Assembly: GCA_963702845.1 (NCBI GenBank)
Contig: OY969763.1
Span: 1,760,001 to 1,824,000, forward strand
Length of the DNA: 64,000 nt
Reading direction: 5' to 3'
DNA from: an uncultured Verrucomicrobiae bacterium
GTDB lineage: Bacteria; Verrucomicrobiota; Verrucomicrobiia; Limisphaerales; Palsa-1400
In this document: positions 1 through 10,048 of the stretch, piece by piece
How the letters are laid out: each line of letters begins with the position of its first letter
Position numbering within the stretch: the stretch's first letter is position 1
The notes under the pieces: model-generated
Database searches by the model: none
What the model was told of the DNA's origin: nothing
Seen by the model: only the letters and a program-made list of their open reading frames with translations
Position numbers and translations under genes: made by a program

Positions 1-318
1 GCCAGCCGCGGCAACGACGATCGCCACGCTCGTTGAAATGTTGAAAGTATTCAACCGATCCCCGCCGGTTCCGCAAACATCGAGAATTTCCAACGAACGA
101 GTGTGGGCATCAATCGGAGGTTGAATGGACAACTCACGAAGTGCTTCGGCAAACGCGGCGATCTCATTCGGGGTTTCGCCTTTTTGCGCAAGGGCCGTCA
201 GGAACTCGGCTTTAACTGCGATCGAAACTTTCTCGCCGACGAGCAACTCAACCGCGTAGCTGACCTGTTCGCGAGACAGCTCTTTGCCCGATTTGAGTTG
301 TTCGATCAGTAATTGCAC
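1..318 (-). CDS. trpD: Anthranilate phosphoribosyltransferase, 5' part (runs off window start)
   Basis: Manual minus-strand translation from GTG at 318: MQLLIEQLKSGKELSREQVSYAVELL...KGETPNEIAAFA...LDVCGTGGDRLNTFNISTSVAIVVAAAG; contains the TrpD D-x-CGTGGD...TFNIST PRPP-binding motif. Confidence 0.93.
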   Translation of the reverse strand, partial: MQLLIEQLKSGKELSREQVSYAVELLVGEKVSIAVKAEFLTALAQKGETPNEIAAFAEALRELSIQPPIDAHTRSLEILDVCGTGGDRLNTFNISTSVAIVVAAAG

Positions 319-424
319 TTGCGTAGTTTAAGTTGAACAACTCGGCTTTGCCAATCCTCCGTCGCTGCCAAAAATGCGGTGTGTTCAAATCGGCCGCGTT
401 TATGTTTAGGATGAAGCTCTGTCG

Positions 425-1432
425 ATGAGACCAGAAATTTTGCCAACACATACGGCGGCGTTGTTTGATGCGGCGGTTGAACGAGCCGTTGATTTGTTGC
501 GCGCGGGCGATATTGTCGCGCTGCCGACCGAAACAGTTTATGGGTTGGCTGCAAACGCGTTTAATCCGGCGGCGGTGGAGAAAATTTACCAGGCAAAAGG
601 TCGGCCGGCCCACAATCCCATCATTGTTCACGTCGCCAGCCATGCGATGGCAGTCGAGTGCGTTGCACAATGGCCCGACTCGGCAGCGAGGCTGGCAAAA
701 TCATTTTGGCCGGGACCACTCACGTTGGTGTTGCCGAAGGCGGAGAAGGTTCCCGACATCGTGACGGCTGGAGGATCTACAGTTGGAGTTCGCTGGCCGA
801 GCCATCCAATTATACAAGCGGTGATTAAAAAATGTGGATTCCCACTGGCAGCGCCGAGCGCGAATCGCTCGAATGAAATCTCGCCCACGACAGCCGAACA
901 CGTGTGCAAAAGCCTGGGTGATTCCGTGAAGTTAATTGTCGACGGCGGCGCGGCAAATGTCGGTATTGAGTCGACGGTCGTTGACCTGGCCTCTGAGCGT
1001 CCCCGAATCCTGCGCCCGGGGATGATTCACGAAGAGTCTTTGTCAGCGGCACTTGGAGATGCAGCGATCAGCTCAAACGATGGGCGCGACGAAACGCTGC
1101 GCAGTCCAGGAATGTTGCCGAAGCACTACGCGCCAAAGGCGAAATTGGTGGTGCTGAGTTGGGACTCTGCCGAGCAACTGCGCTCGCGAATTGCGAGTTA
1201 CAATTTGCCCGGACAGCTTGTGCACATTGTGGCGCACACTCATATTCCGTCCGAAGACATATTCGGAAGAGTGTCTGTCATTCCCCATGATCCCGAAGCA
1301 TTTGCACGCGCGCTTTACGGGGAATTGCACCGGTGCGACGAAGAGAGCGCAAAATTAATCGTTGTTGAAGCGCCACCAGACGAACCGGCCTGGCGCGGAA
1401 TCGCCGATCGCCTCGCTCGCGCTGCGGTTTGA
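425..1432 (+). CDS. tsaC: L-threonylcarbamoyladenylate synthase (Sua5 type, with C-terminal SUA5 domain)
   Basis: VALPTETVYGLAAN, KGRPAHNPIIVH, FWPGPLTLV, AAPSANRS, GIESTVVD, SPGMLPKHYAP motifs. Confidence 0.95.
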   Translation: MRPEILPTHTAALFDAAVERAVDLLRAGDIVALPTETVYGLAANAFNPAAVEKIYQAKGRPAHNPIIVHVASHAMAVECVAQWPDSAARLAKSFWPGPLTLVLPKAEKVPDIVTAGGSTVGVRWPSHPIIQAVIKKCGFPLAAPSANRSNEISPTTAEHVCKSLGDSVKLIVDGGAANVGIESTVVDLASERPRILRPGMIHEESLSAALGDAAISSNDGRDETLRSPGMLPKHYAPKAKLVVLSWDSAEQLRSRIASYNLPGQLVHIVAHTHIPSEDIFGRVSVIPHDPEAFARALYGELHRCDEESAKLIVVEAPPDEPAWRGIADRLARAAV

Positions 1433-1523
1433 CACGCATCAAGTTTCGCCTCTACGACAGTTTGCGATGTGATTTGACGAAATGGTTGAAGTTCCGCACC
1501 CTGCCTGCCGTCAAATGCGATAC

Positions 1524-3044
1524 ATGAAACTAGTTTGTTTCGCTTGCTGCGCAATTACTTGCGCGGTGCAAGCTCAAGCCCAAACGAACAAGAGCCTTTC
1601 TCTGAGTTTGCAGCAGGCCGTGGAAATGGCTGTTGAACATAACCTTGATGTCCAGATTTCCCGATATCAGCCGATCATCGATGAATTTACGGTGAGCAAG
1701 GATTATGCGGTGTACGAGCCTGCGTTCAACAGCACTTTTCAGCGAGCGTGGCAAACCAATGCGGGCAGCATTAGCCCGAGTGGCGTTGCAAATGTCGGAC
1801 AACGTTCCGACGACTCGACTGCGCAGGCCAGCATCGGATCTGCAACCGGGGGGCCAGCGGTGACACCATGGGGGATGCAGTATCAGCTTTCGACTTCTGT
1901 CGATAAAACAACTTTTTTCCGTACAAATTTTTTCGACCAGGCTAAGTCGTCAGCTCTGGCTAGTGTCACGCAACCACTGTTGCGCAATGCATGGATCGAT
2001 GCCAATCGCCAGACCATATTGATTGCGAAGGAAACAGTGAAATTCGACACGCTTGGGTTCTGCCTTCAGGCGCTCAACACCGTGGCGCAAACGGAGCAGG
2101 CTTATTACGAGCTGATTTACGATTACGAAAATGTGAAGGTGCAGCAGGCGGCGGTTGATCTGGCGGCCCAACAGGCGAGGGAAGACCAGAAACGCGTTGA
2201 AGTCGGCGCCATGGCACCGCTGGATGCGAAGCAGAGTGAATCGCAATTAGCGACCAGCAAGGCAGCGCTACTGACAGCGCAACAGACATTGGGTACGCAG
2301 GAAAATAACCTTAAGGGACTCATCACTGATAAATATCGTGATATTTACTGTCTGCGGATAGTGCCGGCCGAAAAGCTGGTGGCAGTCCCGGAGCAGATTG
2401 ATTTGCAGGAGGCCTGGCAGAACAGCGTTAAGCTGCGACCAGACCTGCTGCAGGCGAAGGTTGTTCTGGCGAAGAATGGAATCAATTTGCGCTATGCGAA
2501 AAATCAATTGTTTCCTGAAGTGGACGCTTTTGGCACCTACGGTCGGCAGGGCTTCGCGCAGGCGACTGAGCCTTTTATGCAGCCTACGGTTGGTCCTTCG
2601 CTGCAGAATATTGCCGATGATCGATTTCCAAATTATTCATACGGGTTGCAGATGAGCATTCCGCTCGGGGCAACGGGTCAACGTGCTGGGTATCGGTCAG
2701 CCAAAGCGGCCATTGAGCAAGCGAAGCTGCAGTACGAAAAAACTGAGCAAGGCCTGTTGATTACGATCCAGAACACGGTAGGAAACATTAATTCCACAAT
2801 GGAAAGAATCCGGGCGACCCGCGAAGCGCGTGCATTTGCCCAGGACGCGCTCGAGGCGGGCCAAAAGAAACTTGAAGTAGGAAAGAGTACGACGTTCGAA
2901 GTGCTGGGGCTCCAGAAAAATCTCACCCAGGCACGCACTGATGAAATTCGTGCGCTGGCAGATTACAACGAGGCTCTGTCAACGTTGGCGCTAAACGAAG
3001 GCACGACATTGCGGAACCATCATTTGAACGTCAAAGTTAAATAG
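1524..3044 (+). CDS. TolC-family outer membrane efflux protein
   Basis: Signal peptide; LSLQQAVEMAVEHNLDV; two coiled-coil halves; KKLEVGKSTTFEVL motif. Start chosen at ATG 1524 (ORF track starts 1482). Confidence 0.88.
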   Translation: MKLVCFACCAITCAVQAQAQTNKSLSLSLQQAVEMAVEHNLDVQISRYQPIIDEFTVSKDYAVYEPAFNSTFQRAWQTNAGSISPSGVANVGQRSDDSTAQASIGSATGGPAVTPWGMQYQLSTSVDKTTFFRTNFFDQAKSSALASVTQPLLRNAWIDANRQTILIAKETVKFDTLGFCLQALNTVAQTEQAYYELIYDYENVKVQQAAVDLAAQQAREDQKRVEVGAMAPLDAKQSESQLATSKAALLTAQQTLGTQENNLKGLITDKYRDIYCLRIVPAEKLVAVPEQIDLQEAWQNSVKLRPDLLQAKVVLAKNGINLRYAKNQLFPEVDAFGTYGRQGFAQATEPFMQPTVGPSLQNIADDRFPNYSYGLQMSIPLGATGQRAGYRSAKAAIEQAKLQYEKTEQGLLITIQNTVGNINSTMERIRATREARAFAQDALEAGQKKLEVGKSTTFEVLGLQKNLTQARTDEIRALADYNEALSTLALNEGTTLRNHHLNVKVK

Positions 3045-3074
3045 TAGAGCGCCGCCTTGAGTCGGCGAGCCTGA

Positions 3075-5621
3075 ATGCCAGAAGTCCTCACATCCAGTCT
3101 TCGGCCGAGCGTTAGCGGCAAATTCTTCCGCGTCGGCGAGAAGAAGTTTTACCTCAAGGGTGTGACCTATGGGCCATTCGCCCCGAACGCGGAGGGTGAC
3201 GCTTTTCCCACCCACAAGCAAACCGCCCGCGATTTCACCCTGATTCGGAAACTCGGCGGCAACGTGCTGCGAATTTATCAAGTCCCGCCGCGTTGGTTTC
3301 TTGATCTCGCCGCCGAGCACGATCTCAAACTATTGATCGATATTTGCTGGGACAAACACATCTGCTTTCTCGATTCTCCAGAAAAGTGCGATCGTGCAAA
3401 AAGCGCGGTGCGTCGTGCGGTGCAGAGTTGCGCGAGGCATCCGGCTGTTTTCGCTTATAGCGTCGTAAATGAAATTCCGGCGGACGTGGTTCGCTGGAGC
3501 GGCGCTGATCGTATCGAAAAATTTATCGACGAACTGATCGCCGTCGCTAAAGACGTCGATCCGGAATGTCTCTGCACATTCGGTAACTATCCCCCCACGG
3601 AATTTCTCGCGCCGCATTTAATCGATTTCTTTTGCTTCAACGTCTACCTGCACAACCAGCGTCCGTTCGAAAATTACCTCGCGCGCTTGCAGATGATCGC
3701 TAATGAGAAGCCGCTGGTGCTGGGAGAAATTGGCATCGATACCATTCGCGAAGGCGAAGGGCAAAAGTGCGAGATGCTCGATTGGATGCTAGAATCGACC
3801 TTTCGCGGCGGTGCCGCAGGAGCGGTCGTGTTTAGTTTCACCGATGAATGGTTCAAAGATGGGCGCGAGATTCTCGAGTGGGGTTTCGGACTGACAACGC
3901 GCGAGCGTCAGCCGAAAGATTCTTTTGCAGTGGTGCAGAGCAAGTTCGAAACAGCCCCGTTCTTTCCTTTGCCGCGCACGCCGAAGGTTTCGATTGTCGT
4001 GGCCTGCTATAACGGAGGCCGCACGCTGCAGGCGTGTTTGGATTCATTGCTTCTGCTGAATTATCCCGACTACGAAGTCATTTTGGTTGACGACGGTTCA
4101 ACTGACATCACACCGCAGGTTGCGTCTTTGTATAAAAAAGTTCGATACTGCCGATTGTCGCATCACGGTCTATCGGTGGCGCGAAATGCCGGGATCGAAT
4201 TGGCCGAAGGCGAAGTGGTGGCGTTTACGGATGCAGACTGTCGAGCGGACGAAGATTGGCTGTATTACATCGTCAGCGACCTTTTGAAGGGTTCGTTTGT
4301 CGCGGTTGGCGGTCATAACTTTTTGCCGCCGGATGATTCTCCATTGGCAGCAGCCGTGATGGTTGCACCCGGCGGGCCGGCCCATGTGATGCTGACCGAT
4401 CGAGTCGCTGAACACATTCCTGGTTGCAACATGGCGTTCTACAAATGGTCGCTGAAAGAAATTGCCGGGTTTGATCCAATTTTCGAAAAAGCCGGAGACG
4501 ACGTTGATGTTTGCTGGCGATTGCAACAGCGCGGATACAAGATCGGTTTTTCTCCAGGGGGGTTCGTCTGGCATTATCGCCGGTCGACAGTGGGTGCATA
4601 TTTAAGACAGCAACGCGGTTACGGAGAAGCCGAGGCGTTGCTGGTCAGGCGGCATCCCGAATATTTCAATTCGTTTGGCTCCAGTATGTGGCAGGGGAAA
4701 ATTTATTCGAGTGCTGCCAGCGGGGTCACGCTTCGTCGCCCGATGATCTATCACGGTTCCTTCGGCACTGGGTTTTTCCAAAGCGTCTACCGCGCCGCCC
4801 CAGCCTTTGCCTTAATGCTGTGTACAACGCTCGAATACCACGCGCTTGTGACGTTGCCCCTGCTGGTGCTGTCCGTCCCATTTCATTACCTGATCCCGCT
4901 GGCCGTAACGAGTGTCGCCGTTTCGCTGTTGGTCTGCATTGCGGCGGCAGCCCAAGCTGAGCTGCCGGTCAACAAATATCGATTCTGGTCGCGGCCAGTG
5001 ATTGCGTTGATGTTTTTCCTTCAGCCGATCTTGCGCGGATGGGCTCGCTATCAGGGACGCCTTGCAATCGGACCGACGCCGCAATCGGCGATGCGCGGAT
5101 TGTCTTCCCGCGATATGAAGGATCAGCCGGACGAATTCCGGAACGTTAACTTCTGGGGCGACGTTGCAGTTGATCGTCTCGACTTCGTCCGCCGAATCAT
5201 CGCGCGACTGGAGGAGCAGGGGTGGCAATTAAAAGTCGACGCAGGCTGGAGCGACTTCGATTTGGAAATTCTCGGCAGCCGTTGGGCACATCTCCAGCTC
5301 ACGACCGTCTCCGAACCACAAGGTGATGGGAAACAACTGTTACGTTGTCGCCTGCGCACCGCCTGGTCGCTCTTCGCCAAAGTTGCCTTGGGTGCAATCA
5401 CCGCTTTCGACTTTCTAGTGATTGGCTTTGTCGGCACCGAAATCTTGTGGTTGTGGACTTTGCTCCTGACGATCCCGGCGTTTGCCTGGTTTGTCCGTAA
5501 TGAACAACGCAACCTGCGAAAGTTGATTGCTGTCATTATCAACGACGTTGCGCGTCAAAACGGTTTGACCAAAGTAAATTTGGATAAACCAAAGGAAAAG
5601 ACGGTGCCGGAGCACCTATAG
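3075..5621 (+). CDS. GT2 glycosyltransferase with N-terminal glycoside-hydrolase-like (GH2/clan A TIM barrel) domain and C-terminal TM segments
   Basis: N-term KGVTYGPF...VVNEIP...LGEIG (clan GH-A acid/base and nucleophile-like); GT2 motifs [37 protein letters not shown]; hydrophobic C-terminus. Confidence 0.88.
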   Translation: MPEVLTSSLRPSVSGKFFRVGEKKFYLKGVTYGPFAPNAEGDAFPTHKQTARDFTLIRKLGGNVLRIYQVPPRWFLDLAAEHDLKLLIDICWDKHICFLDSPEKCDRAKSAVRRAVQSCARHPAVFAYSVVNEIPADVVRWSGADRIEKFIDELIAVAKDVDPECLCTFGNYPPTEFLAPHLIDFFCFNVYLHNQRPFENYLARLQMIANEKPLVLGEIGIDTIREGEGQKCEMLDWMLESTFRGGAAGAVVFSFTDEWFKDGREILEWGFGLTTRERQPKDSFAVVQSKFETAPFFPLPRTPKVSIVVACYNGGRTLQACLDSLLLLNYPDYEVILVDDGSTDITPQVASLYKKVRYCRLSHHGLSVARNAGIELAEGEVVAFTDADCRADEDWLYYIVSDLLKGSFVAVGGHNFLPPDDSPLAAAVMVAPGGPAHVMLTDRVAEHIPGCNMAFYKWSLKEIAGFDPIFEKAGDDVDVCWRLQQRGYKIGFSPGGFVWHYRRSTVGAYLRQQRGYGEAEALLVRRHPEYFNSFGSSMWQGKIYSSAASGVTLRRPMIYHGSFGTGFFQSVYRAAPAFALMLCTTLEYHALVTLPLLVLSVPFHYLIPLAVTSVAVSLLVCIAAAAQAELPVNKYRFWSRPVIALMFFLQPILRGWARYQGRLAIGPTPQSAMRGLSSRDMKDQPDEFRNVNFWGDVAVDRLDFVRRIIARLEEQGWQLKVDAGWSDFDLEILGSRWAHLQLTTVSEPQGDGKQLLRCRLRTAWSLFAKVALGAITAFDFLVIGFVGTEILWLWTLLLTIPAFAWFVRNEQRNLRKLIAVIINDVARQNGLTKVNLDKPKEKTVPEHL

Positions 5622-5707
5622 GGTGCCCGGACCTGTCCTCTGCAAAAGATTTTTCCGGCAACTACTTGACGGCACACCGAATTGTTTGCGAATGTCTCTC
5701 CGCGACC

Positions 5708-6502
5708 ATGCGGCAGTACCACGAACTTCTCCGACTCGTTCTCGAAAACGGAAAATTCAAAGAAGACCGCACCGGCACCGGCACCTTCTCGGTGTTCGGC
5801 GCGCAGGCGCGGTTTCCTTTGCGCCCTGATTTTCCGTTGCTCACAACGAAAAAGCTTCACCTCAAGTCGATCATTTACGAACTGCTTTGGTTCTTGCGGG
5901 GTGACACCAACGTCAAATACCTCAACGACCACGGCGTCACCATCTGGAACGAATGGGCGGATGAGGACGGAAACCTCGGACGCGTTTACGGTGCGCAATG
6001 GACCGATTGGACAAGTCCAGACGGCCGGCACATCAATCAAATCGATCGCGTCATCGAACAAATCAAAACCAATCCGAACAGTCGTCGTTTGATTGTGAGC
6101 GCGTGGAATCCCGGAGAATTGGATAAAATGGCGCTGCCTCCGTGCCATGCCTTCTTCCAGTTTTTCGTGCACGAAGGCGAGTTGAGTTGCCAACTGTATC
6201 AGCGCAGCGCAGACCTGTTTTTGGGTGTGCCCTTCAACATTGCCTCCTATGCGATGCTGACGATGATGGTGGCCCAGGTTTGTGGCCTTAAACCGGGTGA
6301 ATTCGTCCATACCTTTGGCGATTTGCATCTATATCTCAATCACGTTGAACAGGCGAAGCTGCAATTAACGCGTGAGTCGCGGCCACTGCCGCAGATGATA
6401 TTGAATCCGGCGGTTAGTAATATTCGCGATTTCAAATTCGAGGACTTCCAACTCGTCAACTACAACCCGCATCCCAGCATCAAAGCCCCTATCGCCGTTT
6501 AA
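5708..6502 (+). CDS. thyA: Thymidylate synthase
   Basis: [51 protein letters not shown] at 5708. Confidence 0.97.
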   Translation: MRQYHELLRLVLENGKFKEDRTGTGTFSVFGAQARFPLRPDFPLLTTKKLHLKSIIYELLWFLRGDTNVKYLNDHGVTIWNEWADEDGNLGRVYGAQWTDWTSPDGRHINQIDRVIEQIKTNPNSRRLIVSAWNPGELDKMALPPCHAFFQFFVHEGELSCQLYQRSADLFLGVPFNIASYAMLTMMVAQVCGLKPGEFVHTFGDLHLYLNHVEQAKLQLTRESRPLPQMILNPAVSNIRDFKFEDFQLVNYNPHPSIKAPIAV

Positions 6503-6721
6503 CCCTGCGTTTGGAGGCTCTGTCAAATCGAACGGGTTGCTAGGTCAGTGCTGTTCGAAAAATTTTAATGGGGGCGGTTGCTCTTTGTGCTCCTCCAACG
6601 TTGCGTCGGAGTAGTCGTTCTGGCATCATCGCTCCCAATTAACACACCCATATGCTTACTTTGATCACCTTGCCTTCGACCTTGCTTTTTAGGCCAAAAA
6701 TTTGAATCATAAGTAACATGC

Positions 6722-6750
6722 TTGACTTACTAATGTAAGTCTGGCACACT
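6722..6750 (+). promoter_or_regulatory. Sigma70-like promoter overlapped by a perfect 7-bp inverted repeat (putative operator) upstream of the sulfate-activation operon
   Basis: TTGACT(6722)-17 bp-CACACT(6745); GACTTAC-TAAT-GTAAGTC at 6724-6741. Confidence 0.5.
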
Positions 6751-6760
6751 TCCAAACACA

Positions 6761-7072
6761 TTGAACTCGACCACGACAATCGAGCCAGTTCGCCCTGCGG
6801 AAGGAACGCAACCGCCGACACCAGCGCCAGTGCAAGGCAATGTGGCGGCAGACAACGGCGAGAGTCATTGGCGCAGCGTTGCAAAGGCCATTTCCTGGCG
6901 TGCAGTCGGCACTGTCGATACGATGGTCATTTCGTTTATTATAACTGGAAAAGTGAAATTGGCTGTCTCGATTGGCTGCGTTGAGTTATTTACGAAGATT
7001 GCGCTGTTTTACGTGCATGAGCGCGCCTGGCACCGAATTCCATATGGCCGTGTGCCCGGTAGCACTGAGTAG
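6761..7072 (+). CDS. DUF2061-family small membrane protein
   Basis: ESHWRSVAKAISWRAVGTVDT...YVHERAW signature; typical neighbour of cys genes; start codon uncertain (TTG). Confidence 0.85.
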   Translation: MNSTTTIEPVRPAEGTQPPTPAPVQGNVAADNGESHWRSVAKAISWRAVGTVDTMVISFIITGKVKLAVSIGCVELFTKIALFYVHERAWHRIPYGRVPGSTE

Positions 7073-7107
7073 GCTGATGACGACGACCGGCAACATTTAA
7101 TATCGCG

Positions 7108-7921
7108 ATGGACAACCTTTCAAAGCTGGAGAATCAGAGCATTTACATCATGCGCGAGGCATTCAACAAATTTGAAAACCTCGCGATGCTGTGGAGCATC
7201 GGTAAGGACTCGACCGTGTTGTTGTGGCTGGCGCGCAAAGCGTTTTTCGGTCACGTGCCGTTCCCGCTCGTGCATGTCGACACCACATACAAGATTCCGT
7301 CGATGATCGAGTATCGCGACAAACTCTGCAAAGACTGGGGATTGCAATTGGTCGTCGGTAAAAACGAAGAAGTGTTGAAAAGCGGTGTAACCTTTCCCAG
7401 CGGCAAAGCCACGCGCGTGGAATGCTGCGGCACATTGAAAAAAGACGCGCTCAAGGCCGTGCTCGATAAGCATCAAATTTACTGGCGTCATTGTCGGCGT
7501 GCGTCGCGACGAAGAACCGACTCGCGCCAAAGAACGTTATTTCAGTCCGCGCGACAAAAACATGGAATGGAACGTGGAAGATCAGCCGCCGGAGTTGTGG
7601 GACCAGTTCAAAACTGATTTTGCCAACGGCACCCACATCCGCATTCATCCGCTGCTGCATTGGACGGAATTGAACATTTGGGAATACATCCAGCGCGAAA
7701 ACATTCCTCTGATTCCGCTTTATTTTGCGAACGACAAAGGCGAGCGCTATCGCAGCCTTGGCTGCTATCCTTGCACGTTTCCCATCAAATCAAATGCCCG
7801 AACCGTCGCGGAGATCGTCGAAGAATTGCGCCACACCAAAACGCCCGAACGTGCCGGTCGCGCGCAGGACAAGGAAAGCGAAGACGCATTCGAGAAATTG
7901 CGCCGCGACGGTTACATGTAA
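7108..7921 (+). CDS. cysD: Sulfate adenylyltransferase subunit 2, one frameshift near 7471-7480 (probable sequencing error)
   Basis: [19 protein letters not shown] in ORF 7108-7617 continues in another frame as [22 protein letters not shown]...[10 protein letters not shown]...RYRSLGC...GYM. Confidence 0.92.
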
Positions 7922-7942
7922 GCCGACGATTGGAATTTGTAG

Positions 7943-9814
7943 ATGAGTGCTTCCGAACAATTAAAGATCGTTATCGTTGGCCACGTTGATCATGGCAAGT
8001 CAACTTTCGTCGGCCGGCTTTTCCACGACACCGGTTCGTTGCCCGAAGGCAAGCTGGAACAATTGCAGCGCGTCTCCGAACGCCGCGGCGTGCCTTTCGA
8101 ATGGGCCAATCTGATGGACGCGCTGCAATCCGAGCGCGACCAGAACATCACCATCGACACGGCGCAGATTTGGTTTCAAACCAAGAAGCGCCAATACGTC
8201 ATCATCGACGCGCCCGGGCATAAAGAATTTCTCAAGAACATGATTACCGGCGCCGCCAATGCGGAAGCGGCGCTGTTGTTGATCGACGCAAGTGAAGGCG
8301 TGCAGGAACAATCCCGACGTCACGGCTATCTATTGAACCTGCTCGGCATTCGTCAGATTGTCGTCCTCGTCAATAAAATGGATTTAGCCGCCTATTCGGA
8401 AACCCGTTTTCGTGAAATCGAATCGGAATTTCGCGCGTTTTTAAAGAGCATCGGCGTTGAACCCAGGTTGTTCATTCCCATTGCGGCCAAACACGGTGAC
8501 AACATTGCGAGTCGTAGTGCGAACATGACCTGGTATCACGGTCCGACCGTGTTGGATTCCCTGGACGAATTTAAACGCACCGATTTGCCCGATCACCAGC
8601 CGCTACGCTTTCCGATTCAGGACGTTTATCGGTTCGACCATCGCCGAATACTTTCTGGCCGAATCGAATCTGGAACAGTGAAGGTCGGTGACCGGCTGTT
8701 GTTCAGCCCGGGAAATAAAGTGAGCACTGTCAAAACGATTGAACGCTGGAACGCGCCTGAAACGCAGTCGGCAGGGGCAGGGGAATCGGTTGGTGTCACT
8801 TTGTCGGAACAGATTTTTGTGGAACGTGGTGCTGTCGCTGCCCTCGAGACGGCTCCCCCGTATGAGCTGACTCAATTCAAAGCGCGCTTGTTCTGGCTCG
8901 GCCGCGCGCCATTCGCCAGCGGCAAGATTTACAAGCTGAAACTGGCAACGCAGGAAGTTGAATGCGAGATCGATTCAATTGAGCGACTCGTTGACTCCTC
9001 AACGTTACAGACAATCACTCGGGCCGACCAATCAGTCGCTCGTAACGAAGTCGCTGAACTAACCATTCGCACGCGCAAGCCGGTCGCTTTCGACCCGCAT
9101 TCCGACATTATTGCCACCGGGCGATTTGTCATCGTTGACGGCTTCGAAGTTTCTGGCGGCGGTATTATTGCGGCGGACAACTATCCAAAGCGCTCCTCGG
9201 ATTTGCTGCACAAGAGCCACAACATTTTCTGGAGCAAGAGCAAGGTCACCGCGCAACAGCGCGAGCTGCGCAACATTCATCGTGGTTGTGTGGTCTGGCT
9301 GACCGGCTTGTCCGCGTCCGGCAAATCGACCATCGCAACCGAACTCGAACGCGAGTTGTTTAACATGGGCCGTAACGTGTATGTGTTGGACGGCGACAAC
9401 GTCCGCCACGGCTTGTGTTCTGACCTTGGATTTTTACCTGATGATCGCACCGAAAACATTCGGCGCGTCGGTGAAGTAGCGAAGCTCTTTGCCGATGCCG
9501 GTATTATTTGCGTCACTGCATTCATCTCACCATATCGTTCCGACCGCGACCTGGTGCGCAAGATATGTAAAGAAGGACGCTTCATTGAAGTGTTCGTGAA
9601 CGCGCCGATTGAAGTCTGCGAGCAGCGCGATCCGAAAGGCCTTTACGTCAAGGCGCGAGCCAACGAGATCAAAAACTTCACCGGCATCTCCGCGCCTTAC
9701 GAGCCGCCGGCCAAAGCTGAAATCGAACTCCGCACCGATCAACTCAGCGTTGCCGAATCGGTCGCCGAGATTATCGAATTCCTAACGACCCAAGATCGAG
9801 CCGACCGGAAGTAA
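7943..9814 (+). CDS. cysNC: Bifunctional sulfate adenylyltransferase subunit 1 / adenylylsulfate kinase
   Basis: [22 protein letters not shown] GTPase motifs; C-terminal APS kinase [29 protein letters not shown]. Confidence 0.95.
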   Translation: MSASEQLKIVIVGHVDHGKSTFVGRLFHDTGSLPEGKLEQLQRVSERRGVPFEWANLMDALQSERDQNITIDTAQIWFQTKKRQYVIIDAPGHKEFLKNMITGAANAEAALLLIDASEGVQEQSRRHGYLLNLLGIRQIVVLVNKMDLAAYSETRFREIESEFRAFLKSIGVEPRLFIPIAAKHGDNIASRSANMTWYHGPTVLDSLDEFKRTDLPDHQPLRFPIQDVYRFDHRRILSGRIESGTVKVGDRLLFSPGNKVSTVKTIERWNAPETQSAGAGESVGVTLSEQIFVERGAVAALETAPPYELTQFKARLFWLGRAPFASGKIYKLKLATQEVECEIDSIERLVDSSTLQTITRADQSVARNEVAELTIRTRKPVAFDPHSDIIATGRFVIVDGFEVSGGGIIAADNYPKRSSDLLHKSHNIFWSKSKVTAQQRELRNIHRGCVVWLTGLSASGKSTIATELERELFNMGRNVYVLDGDNVRHGLCSDLGFLPDDRTENIRRVGEVAKLFADAGIICVTAFISPYRSDRDLVRKICKEGRFIEVFVNAPIEVCEQRDPKGLYVKARANEIKNFTGISAPYEPPAKAEIELRTDQLSVAESVAEIIEFLTTQDRADRK

Positions 9815-9839
9815 TCCCGTGTTCGCGTCTGGAAAGCTC

Positions 9840-9965
9840 TCAACGCGTAAACACAAACCTCCACAGAATTAGAGCAATGATAATTGCCGCGATGAGATAG
9901 CCGACAATTGCCGGCGTTAGGTTTTTAGTTTCAGTTGGCGGCGGTCCCGCCGGATTAGTGTCCAT
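9840..9965 (-). CDS. Small single-TM protein (41 aa), below the ORF-track cutoff
   Basis: MDTNPAGPPPTETKNLTPAIVGYLIAAIIIALILWRFVFTR*, preceded by AGGAGG 4 nt before ATG. Confidence 0.6.
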   Translation of the reverse strand: MDTNPAGPPPTETKNLTPAIVGYLIAAIIIALILWRFVFTR

Positions 9966-10048
9966 AGTTCCTCCTGCCTCCACCTTTCAAGCGAACGGCC
10001 GGTTCGGCAAGAGTCGCGGTCCCCCGAATTGTGTCTGAGAGATTCCAA

